Of a stretch of 17,852 bases of DNA, positions 1 to 8,223 are shown in pieces (position 1 is the first letter of the stretch; each line of letters opens with the position of its first letter). The position numbers and the translations under genes were made by a program. This DNA comes from Octopus sinensis. Taxonomy: Eukaryota. The DNA lies in NCBI RefSeq assembly GCF_006345805.1, contig NW_021823671.1:1-17852 (forward strand), written 5' to 3'. The notes under the pieces were generated by a model. The model was not told where the DNA came from, did no database searches, and saw only the letters and a program-made list of their open reading frames with translations.

Positions 1-464
1 CTCTGTCTGGCAACCGTGTCGGTGGCACGTAAAAGCACCATCCGTTCGCGTCCGTTGCCAGCCTCGGCTGGCCCCCGTGCCGGTGACACATAAAAGCACC
101 GTCCGTTCGTGGCCGTTTTACAGCTCTGTGTCTGGCCCGTGTCGGTGCAGGCGTAAAAGCACCATCCATTCGTGTCCGTTGTCAGCATCGCCTGGCCCCT
201 TGCCGGTTGACCGTAAAAGCACCATCCGTTCGTGGCCGTTCGCCAGCTCTGTCTGGCACCCTGTGCAGGTGGCACGTAAAAAACAGCCACTACACTCGCG
301 GAGTGGTTGGCGTTAGGAAGGGCATCCAGCCGTAGAAACACTGCCAGAGAGACTGGGCCTGACGAGCCTTCCAGCTTCACAGACCCCAGTTGACCCGTCC
401 AACCCATGCTAGCATGGAAAGTGGACGCTAAACGATGATGATGATGATGATGATGAATGATGAT
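1..464 (+). mobile_element. SINE-like retroposon with internal ~60-bp tandem units and (GAT)n tail (RTE-type 3' end); 5' end outside the window
   Basis: Five AAAAGCACC-anchored units at 31, 92, 155, 215 and 278 (the last degenerate). They are followed by the block ACTACACTC..GGTTGGCGTTAGGAAGGGCATCCAGC and CCAACCCATGCTAGCATGGAA..GACGCTAAA(CGAT)(GAT)n. A second homologous copy lies at 9726-9974. The RTE/Ceph-type family label is from memory and tentative. Confidence 0.75.
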
Positions 465-480
465 ATATAATATATATATA

Positions 481-851
481 GGCGCAGGCGTGGCTGTGTG
501 GTAAGAAGCTTGCTTCCCAACCACATGGTTCCGGATTCAGTCCCACTGCGTGGCATCTTGGGCAAGTGTCTTCTGCTATAGCCTTTGGCCGACCAAAGCC
601 TTGTGAGTGGATTTGGTAGACGGAAACTGAAAGAAGCCTGTCGCATATATATATATGTGTGTTTGTCCCCCTAGCATTGCTTGACAACCAATGCTGGTGT
701 GTTTACGTTCCCGTCACTTAGCGGTTCGGCAAAAAGAGACCGATAGAATAAGTACTGGGCTTACAAAGAATAAGTCCCAGGGTCGATTTGCTCGATTAAA
801 GGTGGTGCTCCAGCATGGCCGCAGTCAAATGACTGAAATAAGTAAAAGAAA
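481..851 (+). mobile_element. tRNA-derived CORE-type SINE (octopus OR-like family), full length
   Basis: tRNA-like head with A-box TGGCTGTGTGG (491-501) and B-box-like GGATTCAGTCC (533-543), a CORE-like GGCATCTTGGGCAAGTGTCTT, an internal TA/TG microsatellite, and the 3' tail GGTGCTCCAGCATGGCCGCAGTCAAATGACTGAAA..AGTAAAAGA. Near-identical copies occur on the minus strand at 4502-4890 and 8224-8601. Confidence 0.85.
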
Positions 852-1032
852 AGAAAGAATACACACACACATACATGTTTAGCCTTTTGAATTTAAGCAC
901 TCCCAATATGAACACTGATGTGAATTTAATTTCTAGGCTATGGCCTCTCTATATATCCGTCTGTCCATCAATCTGCCAAGCTATATATACACACACACAC
1001 ACATATACAGATATATATCTCTAATGTACCTT

Positions 1033-1065
<33 letters not shown>

Positions 1066-1074
1066 ATATATAAA

Positions 1075-1308
1075 GGCGGTGACCTGGCAGAAACGTTAGC
1101 AACGCCGTGCGAACGCGTAGCCGTATTTCGTCCACCGTTACGTTTCTGAGTTCAAATTCCACCGAGGTCAACTTTGCCTTTCATCCTTTCAGGGTCAATT
1201 AAATAAGTACCAGTTACGCACTGGGGTCGATGATAATCGACTTAATCCGTTTGTCTGTCCTTGTTTGTCCTCTCTGTGTTTAGCCCCTTGTGGGTAGTAA
1301 AGAAATAA
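1075..1308 (+). mobile_element. tRNA-derived SINE, second family (central segment resembles the Meta domain)
   Basis: Head GGCGG..CTGGCAGAAACGTTAGC, B-box-like GAGTTCAAATTCC, central GAGGTCAACTTTGCCTTTCATCCTTTCAGGGTC..TAAATAAGTACCAG, tail ..TAGCCCCTTGTGGG.AGTAAAGAAATA. Homologous to 1309-1446(-), 1498-1766(+) and 4383-4502(+). Confidence 0.8.
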
Positions 1309-1446
1309 GTACTTAATTTATTGACTCCAAAAGAATGAAAGGCGAAGTCGACTTTGGCGGAATTTGAACTCAGAACGTAAAGACAGACAATAACCCACTA
1401 AGCAGCATTTCACCCCCGTGCTAACGTTTCTGCAGCTTCCTGCCTT
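1309..1446 (-). mobile_element. 5' half of the same Meta-like SINE, inverted
   Basis: The reverse complement reads AAGGCAGGAAGCTGCAGAAACGTTAGCACG..GTTCTGAGTTCAAATTCCGCCAAAGTCGACTTCGCCTTTCATTCTTTTGGAGTCAATAAATTAAGTAC, matching the flanking + copies. Confidence 0.8.
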
Positions 1447-1497
1447 GTGTGTGTGTGTGTGTTGTCTACCTTGTGTATCTATATGTATGCGTTTTAA

Positions 1498-1766
1498 GGC
1501 GGCGAGCTGGCAGAAACGTTAGCATGCAGGGCGAAATGCTTAGCGGTATTTCGTCTGTTGTTATGTTCTGAGTTCAAATTCCGCTGAGGTCGACTTTGCC
1601 TTTCACCCTTTCGGGGTCGATAAATTACATACCAATACGCACTGGGGTCGATGTAATCAATAATTACTACCCAATTACGCACTGGGGTCGATGTAATCGA
1701 CTTAATCCTTTGTCTGTCCTTGTTTTGTCCCCTCTGTGTTAGCCCCTTGTGGGCAGTAAAGAAATA
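1498..1766 (+). mobile_element. Meta-like SINE, full length, with an internal ~40-bp tandem duplication (1621-1660/1661-1700)
   Basis: Collinear with 1075-1308; the segment CCAAT(T)ACGCACTGGGGTCGATGTAATC occurs twice (1632, 1671). Confidence 0.8.
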
Positions 1767-2055
1767 TATATGTATGTGTTTGTTGTATGCGCGTGTACGT
1801 TGCTTATCTGTGTGTGAATATATATATATATATATGTATGTATGCTGTGTTTGTGTATATGTATTAGTAGTATATGTGTGTGTGTATGTATGTTGTTTAT
1901 CTCTTCTGTGTGTGTATGTATGTCTTATGGTTTGTGAGGTTGGTATAGTGTGTGTGTGTGTGTAAAATTTTGTGATGGTGGGGTGTGTGTTTATATGTGA
2001 TTTTGATATGTGTGTGATCGTTATATGACTGTGTGTGTGTGGTGTGTGTGTGTAA
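1767..2055. repeat. Compound (TA)/(TG)/(TGTA) microsatellite tract
   Basis: Directly visible low-complexity dinucleotide repeats. Confidence 0.85.
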
Positions 2056-2331
2056 GCTTTCAACATATAATTAAAATGATGCCTGTGGTTAAGTGTTGTC
2101 ATATATAGCCTGGGTCAGCTCTAAACAGGAGGCTTTTTATGATCAAAAGCAATCCAGCTATGACCATCCCATAGTTTTCCCCACAGCAGCTGAAAGAGCC
2201 AAAACTATATTTGTCTAATGAGAGATACAGTGGTGTGTGATTTGAGGGGAATTTGGTTGCTTTTTCGAGCATGTGATGTGACCACATAAAAGCTCCATTT
2301 GGTATTGTGTGAGTGGAGATGTTGTTTATCC

Positions 2332-2502
2332 CCCAGGTCAGTCCTGATGTTCCAGCTGTGACCATCCCAACTTTTATTCAAGCCCATTACCAGAATGCTC
2401 ACCATTAGTCCCAGGTCAGTCCTGATGATCCAGCTGTGACCATCCCAACTTTTATTCAAGCCCATCCCTGCCAAGTAGTCCCTTACCAGAATGCTCACCA
2501 TT
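2332..2502 (+). repeat. Local tandem duplication (~78-bp period), probably within a decayed interspersed repeat
   Basis: CCCAGGTCAGTCCTGATG(T/A)TCCAGCTGTGACCATCCCAACTTTTATTCAAGCCCAT..TTACCAGAATGCTCACCATT occurs at 2332-2406 and 2410-2502; the second copy has ~18 extra nt. A related motif (GGTCAG..TCCAGCTATGACCATCCC) occurs at ~2114-2171. Confidence 0.8.
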
Positions 2503-2883
2503 GAGCACCCTGGGAGCAAACTTGGCGCAAATTTTTGCACCTTCATGAATAATTCTGTGCACAGGGGTCAATCCCAATCTGTTTGCTTATTGTCTTTATA
2601 GACACGCAGACGCATGATTGCCAATTTACCCCAGCCATCTCTGGTGTTCTCATGTCTCTTCCTCCCACTCATACCTCTCATTGTCTCTCCCCTCCTCTCT
2701 GCCAGTCTGGAGCATTTCATAAGGTTTCCATAGCAAGCTTCCAAATTGACTTCATGTCCTGAACTTCATTCTGCAAACTTGTCAACTGTGACCAGCCGGT
2801 TTAACAGGGTGTGTCCAAATTGCTGTTACAAACCATTTTTTTCAATCTGGAATAACAAAGTTGGCAGGTCAGCTTATTTATGT

Positions 2884-2933
2884 ATAATAATAATAATAAT
2901 AATAGTATAATATAATAATAATAATAATAATAA
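2884..2933. repeat. (TAA)n microsatellite
   Basis: Directly visible, interrupted once. Confidence 0.9.
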
Positions 2934-3639
2934 AGATATACTGAAATTACAATAACATAAGACAGAACAGAAATTTCATTGCATAGCAAGCCTCTAAATT
3001 GTCTTCATTCTGCAAACTGGCAACCACGACATGTCCAAAACTCCTTCAAAGTAGGATCCCCTGACTTTAATACATTTGTTGTAAGTACTTCAGCTAATTC
3101 GTGAAGGCCCCATGGAAGTCCTCCGAAGTGAAAGGGTCCAGAACCATGCTCTTTGATGTTTCTAAAGTTCTGCTGTGGCCATCTCCTTCAATCTGGAATA
3201 ACAAAAGTTGGCTTGTTAGGTGTACGATATAAGACAGAACACAAAATTTATTCAGCTGTGACATGCAAAAAAAAAAAAAAAAAGAGATGTTTTAATGTTT
3301 TTGCTGTGATTAGCACAAATTGTATTCATAAAAAGCTTCCAAACCTCACAGCTACATTCTGCAAACTCAGCAACCAGACAAGCAGTGTTTATAGCAGGAT
3401 GTTTCCAAATTGCTGTTACAGCCGCCTTCTTCATCTGGAACAACAAAAGTTGGCAGGTCAGCTTTATTAAATGTACGATAATGAAATTCCAATAATTTAG
3501 GACGGTTAGAATGCAAACTCCATGTGTGGTGAGCTTCCAAATTCTCTTCACATCCTGATTTCATTCTACAAACAGTCAACTGTAACAAACAGTGTTTTGT
3601 AGGATGGGTTCAAAGTGCTCTAATAGCTGTCTCCTTTAA

Positions 3640-3852
3640 CCCTTTCGTTACCAACCCGGCTGAAACCGGCTCTGGCTCTGAGTACAAATTTCTTGTTTCC
3701 ATAAGTTTTGAATTAAAATCTTCTATCAAACTCAGTCACAATTTATGTTCCTAACAGTAGCTGAATGATAACTAAGTTTTTTGCTAAATTCTTTGTTATA
3801 TTTAGAATAATTGAAAGAAACACAGAGCATCTCAAAATAAATAATGAAAGGG
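3640..3852. mobile_element. piggyBac-like MITE (~213 bp)
   Basis: Left end TTAA|CCCTTTCGTTAC (3636-3651) and right end ATAATGAAAGGG|CTAA (3841-3856), i.e. imperfect 12-bp TIRs with CCC/GGG termini and a TTAA/CTAA target duplication. The element interrupts one unit of the 200-bp repeat, which resumes at ~3858. Confidence 0.7.
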
Positions 3853-4382
3853 CTAATATGGAACAACAAAAGTTGGCAGGTCAGCTTATTAGATGTATGA
3901 TAGAAAATACTGAAATTACAATAATTTAGGACAGTTACAAGCAAGCTTCCTACTTGTCTTCACATCACAATTACATTCTACAGATTGGTCAACTGTAACA
4001 AAGTGTTTGAGTTGGGTCTGTCCAGAATGTTGTTTCAGCCATCTGGAACAACAAAAGTTGGCAGGTCAGCTTATTAGCTGTGTAGTAAATGACTAAGGTC
4101 AGTTATAAAAGTCCCTAAACTTCTGCAAACTACCATGGGCAGGCATTCTACTATACTTTAGACCTCAAGTGGCCTGAACTATTTACATGAACACCACCCT
4201 GTACATAACTCCATGTCCCCCTACATGGCCTTGCTTTTTGCTTTTCGAGCCAAAAAATTAACTAACTAACTAACTAGATCTAATGTATGGTATAGCTGTG
4301 ATTAATATTACTGGTTATAGTTGTTGTTGTTGTTGTTGCTGATATCTAGATATTTGAGAACAATAAGCAGTCTTAGAAGTAT

Positions 4383-4502
4383 TTTGCCTTTCATCCTTTC
4401 AGGTTTGATAAATTTAAGTACCAGTGAAACACTGGGGCCGATGTGATCAATTAGTCCCCTCTCCCAAAATTTCAGGCCTTGTGCCTACAGTAGAAAGGAT
4501 TA
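4383..4502 (+). mobile_element. 5'-truncated Meta-like SINE fragment with a different 3' tail
   Basis: TTTGCCTTTCATCCTTTCAGG..GATAAATTTAAGTACCAG..CACTGGGG.CGATGT matches the 1075/1498 copies. The tail TCCCCTCTCCCAAAATTTCAGGCCTTGTGCC differs. Confidence 0.65.
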
Positions 4503-4890
4503 CTCTTTTACTCTTTTACTTGTTTCAGTCATTTGACTGCGGCCATGCTGGAGCACCGCCTGTAGTCGAGCAAATCGACCCCGGGACTTATTCTTTGTAA
4601 GCCTAGTACTTATTCTATCGGTCTCTTTTGCTGAACCGCTAAGTGACGGGACGTAACACACCAGTATTGGTTGTCAAGCAATGCTAGGGGGACAAACACA
4701 TACACGCATATATATATATACATATATACGACGGGCTTCTTTCAGTTTCCGTCTACCAAATCCACTCACAAGGCATTGGTCGCCCGAGGCTATAGCAGAA
4801 GACACTTGCCCAAGATGCCACGCAGTGGGACTGAACCCAGAACCATGTGGTTGGTAGGCAAGCTACTTACCACACAGCCACTCTGTGCCT
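4502..4890 (-). mobile_element. CORE-type tRNA-derived SINE, full length, inverted relative to 481-851
   Basis: The reverse complement is collinear with 481-851 from head to tail. Confidence 0.85.
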
Positions 4891-5009
4891 ATAATTATTA
4901 TTATTATTTTTATTTAAGCTGTATCTGTATCTATAGTTTGTTATTGGTGTTTTTTGTTTTAATTTTTGCTTTTAAATGATTTCTTTTTGTCCTTCATCAA
5001 CTAAAATAT

Positions 5010-5042
5010 CTAATCATTCCTCCTCTTTCTATTCTTTTCCAG
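5010..5042 (+). other. 3' splice acceptor (branch-point-like CTAAT, polypyrimidine tract, CAG) of the intron preceding the dystroglycan exon
   Basis: CTAAT at 5010-5014, then the pyrimidine tract ttcctcctctcttctattcttttcc and AG at 5041-5042. Homology to dystroglycan begins exactly at 5043 (GTA=Val, phase 0). Confidence 0.85.
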
Positions 5043-7003
5043 GTAATGGAGGCTGGCAAGACGACCCTACCCAAGTGGTTGTATTTCGACGTTGAGACTC
5101 GTACCTTCTCTGGAGTCCCGAAACCAGCAGACATCGCCCAGTATTACATTGAGGTTGTGGCGCAGGCTGAGGACCAAGGAGCTGTTAGTCAGTTCGCCAA
5201 AGACGTCTTCTCGATTCATGTGACCAAAGAAAGCTCGAAACCTGCCACAGCGGCGGCAGAAGCAGCAGCAATCAGTGGTTCATCATCAAGAAGAACGCAA
5301 GGTTCAAATTCTCCACCAGTCATCCGATGCATGCCCCAGGAGCCAGAGACAGCATTTACGCTAATTGTTGATGCAGACCTTGATCAACTTCCTCCCACGG
5401 CATTGTGGGAACTGTTAAAGAACTGGAGCACATCTGGAGCTTGTGTCTGAGATGTTTACGGTCGGTCCTTCCACCACTGGCAACAGGCCCATCCCTCCTG
5501 TCCATGCAGTCACCCCAGACACACATCGTCCTCATCCACCATTGTATCAGGGCCCGGTGACACAAAAATCGCAAAACAACCCCGGGGTGCTTGTCACGTG
5601 GCTGGTTGGTTGTGGCCGGTGGAGCTGCAGCACATGAACGTTCTACAGAGGGTGGAATCAATTTCAGCAAATGGCACCTTGTCCGAGCTCCTCGGTCATG
5701 GAGTTGTAGGGTGGCATGTGACAAACAGACAAGTAACCCTGCCTGAGAAGAGAGTAAGGCGTGCAGCCATCATGGCCACCCCGGCTGTCACTGACATTGC
5801 ACCGACGCGCACACCACCTGCATTCGCACAAGACCACCACCCGACATACAGATGAATGGCCATCAGCATGCCCGAATATTGCAGTCGCGCAAGAAAGCTA
5901 AAACCACAATAGCCCACAGGATTCCTGTACAGGAATTCGAGGTCGGGAAGCGAGCCTACTTCTCTGTGCCATCTGACACGTTCATTGACTGCAAGGTGCC
6001 CAGCGACCGCTTGACGCTGGCATTTTTCCTTAAGCAACTCCCTCCCAACATTTGGCTGCAGAAGACCCGGCCAATAACAAGAGCATAATTGGGCTGCCAA
6101 TGGAAAGCATGTGGGCATCCTCAACGTGACAGTGGCGGCGATAAACAGTGATGGAATGTTCAACAACATGGACTTCCTCGTGAAGGTTCTGAAGAACAAG
6201 AACCTCAAGAGCAACAAGGTAACCACAAGATCAAGATGAAGTTCAGTATGGAGTACAAGAAATTCATGTCAAACCTCGACTCGAGGCTCAATCTCATTGA
6301 CAAGATCGGCAAATTGTACGGAGACGCAGATGCAAGCAGCGTCACAGTGTCGAAATAACAGAGGGTCCGTGGAGGTGTCATGGACAAACGACACTCTCGT
6401 CGGCACAAAATGCCCGATGATGCTACCAAAGCCCTTTTTGAACGCCTAGTTGATAACAAAAAGCGGGTGAAACTTTCAGCAAGGAAACAATGAACCTTTC
6501 AAGCTGCAATCGGCCCAAATAATCCCGATGGGAGCTTGTGCTCTGGGTGCTATATCATCCCAATGCGCCGAGCACCACAACCGCAGCAATCACAACACCA
6601 GAACTCAATATCAAACCCAACACCGAGCACCACAATGGCAGCAGCAACAACACCAGAACTCAAGAAACCACAGTCTGATGATGAGAACGTTTTCTTATTT
6701 CAACCATTGTCCTTGTGTCACCATCGTGTCCATATTGCTTCTGGCCCGGCTCATTACTTGCATCCGTTACGAAAGAGTCGGAGAGGAAAGATGTCGCTCT
6801 CGTCTGCCGGCGAGGGCACCCAGTTGACCCCCGAACCAGACCGAAGAAGAGGTGGGCATCGCAGAAACGGTGGAGTACAACGAACCCATACTCGCTCGCA
6901 ACCGTGTGAGCCACCACCTCCTGTCACCGTTGGCAGGGCAAGAAACAGCCGCCCCCACATGCAACCCCCCTACACATCACCTCCTCCATATGTGCCTCCA
7001 TAA
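5043..7003 (+). CDS. DAG1: Dystroglycan (alpha/beta precursor), large terminal coding exon; reading frame disrupted by many 1-bp indels (assembly error or pseudogene)
   Basis: Stitching the + frames gives motifs collinear with vertebrate dystroglycan as I recall it. These are VMEAGKTTLPKWLYFD (Ig1; human VSAAGKEALPSWLHWD), PETAFTLIVDADL, SGPGD, GVLVTWLVGC and LGHGVVGWHVTN. Next come the furin site RVRR (5751-5762), FSVPSDTF (Ig2; 5960-5983), IIGLP and HVG. These are followed by LYGD..SSVTV..ITEG|SVEVSWTNDTL..CP (SEA/autoproteolysis region, ~6325-6415) and DDENVFL plus the hydrophobic CVTIVSILLLA..LITCI (TM, ~6695-6765). The exon ends with RKSRRGKM (6770-6793) and terminal SPPPYVPP-stop (TAA 7001-7003). 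The signal peptide/first exon lies outside the window. Confidence 0.93.
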
Positions 7004-7026
7004 GTTCATTGCTGAAGTGTAATTAC

Positions 7027-7390
7027 ATATAAACTGTATGTATATATATGTGTATGTATGTATATATACTTATACATATATAACGTATGTGTGTGTGCGT
7101 ATATATGATACACTTGTGTTCTATTCACTATATATTTATTATATACATGAATATATATGTAATATATATATTTATATATATATCACAAATATATATTATA
7201 TGTATATATATATATACCACACACACATATACATATGTATATATGTATATACATACATATATCACACATTTGTAATATGCATGTGTATATACGCATATTT
7301 ACACCACTAAACACACGCATATTATATATATATATAATATATATATATATGTGTGTGTTGTGTGTGTGTTTGAGTGTGTGTGTTATGTAA
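7027..7390. repeat. Compound TA/CA/TG microsatellite immediately after the dystroglycan stop codon
   Basis: Directly visible. Confidence 0.85.
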
Positions 7391-7605
7391 AGCTCTACCA
7401 CTGTTCAATCAACCAAAATACAAACTAATAACCCAAACAAGGCCCTTTGCCTGTCCTCCTGCTCCAGAGGCCCCTACCCAATGCTCTCCCCCTTCTTTAT
7501 AAAACAAAAAAAAACATTGACAAACAAACAAAGAACATTCCAAAAATTCAAAGCAAAAAACTGAACAATAACATCAACATTTTAGAAATGTAACAGTTTA
7601 TAAAA

Positions 7606-7865
7606 TTATACAAGATACACATGTATATATATATACACACAAACACACATCTACATGTATATATATATATCTATCTATATATATATATCTTATGTATTGT
7701 ATATATAATATATATATATACACACACACCCCTGTGTACATGATATAAATGTGTGTTGTGTGTGTGTATAGAAGGATTTTTATATAAATGAGAACTTTTA
7801 TGCATAATATATACATGTGAATATATAGACATATGCAAATATATGTGTGAGTGTTTGTACATACA

Positions 7866-7905
<40 letters not shown>

Positions 7906-7996
7906 TATTATGTGGCCTAATCATTTGATTAGAAAACTTACAGTTCAAAAACGGTAAAGAACTCAATACTATTTTAAAGTGTCTATGTCTGTATAT
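7606..7996 (+). repeat. Left arm of a long inverted repeat (partner 8868-9250)
   Basis: 7915-7963 is a perfect 49-nt reverse complement of 8901-8949. 7722-7860 matches the reverse complement of ~9027-9165 with few differences, and the outer ends TTATACAAGAT../..ATCTTGTATAA match. Confidence 0.85.
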
Positions 7997-8223
7997 TATA
8001 TGCGCGTGTTTTGTGTGTCTGTGTTTTGTCCCCCTAGCATTGCTTGCATAATATGATTTTTTATTGGTGAAATTGGCAAATATTCTTCAAAGGAAAATGA
8101 AATTTACATGTACAAGAATATCCACTATGTTAAAAATTGGACCCCCTCTCTAGACATTAAAACAGAGAGGGAATAAACCAAATTCCAAATATGCTATTCC
8201 ATGCTAATTTTGAGCTCAATTTA

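Larger units (their letters stand above)
2730..4080 (+). repeat. Old, diverged tandem repeat of ~200-bp units (about 5 copies)
   Basis: The recurrent block (TC)ATCTGGAA(C/T)AACAAAAGTTGGCAGGTCAGCTT occurs at ~2843, ~3190 (partial), ~3431, ~3858 and ~4041. The recurrent unit start (GC)AAGCTTCC..TTCATTCT(G/A)CAAAC occurs at ~2733, ~2986, ~3333, ~3531 and ~3941. Confidence 0.75.

Noticed and set aside
481-555. tRNA gene
   Set aside because: The A/B boxes belong to a SINE head; there is no complete cloverleaf, and it continues into the SINE body in three copies.
2422-2428. CTGATGA hammerhead-ribozyme core (also considered CTGATT..GAAA at 11272-11300)
   Set aside because: No correctly placed GAAA and closing stems at 2422; the 11272/11290 motifs lack the CUGANGA consensus.
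5041-5048. AG|GTAATG as a recursive splice (ratchet) site
   Set aside because: The GT is explained by the conserved Val codon at the exon start and the donor match is weak; there is no supporting evidence without RNA data.
5696-6226. 176-aa minus-strand ORF
   Set aside because: Antisense shadow of the dystroglycan exon; no recognisable domain.
5043-7003. Programmed ribosomal frameshifting or RNA editing as an explanation for the broken frame
   Set aside because: There are far too many shifts, with no recurrent slippery heptamer, and A-to-I editing cannot repair indels.
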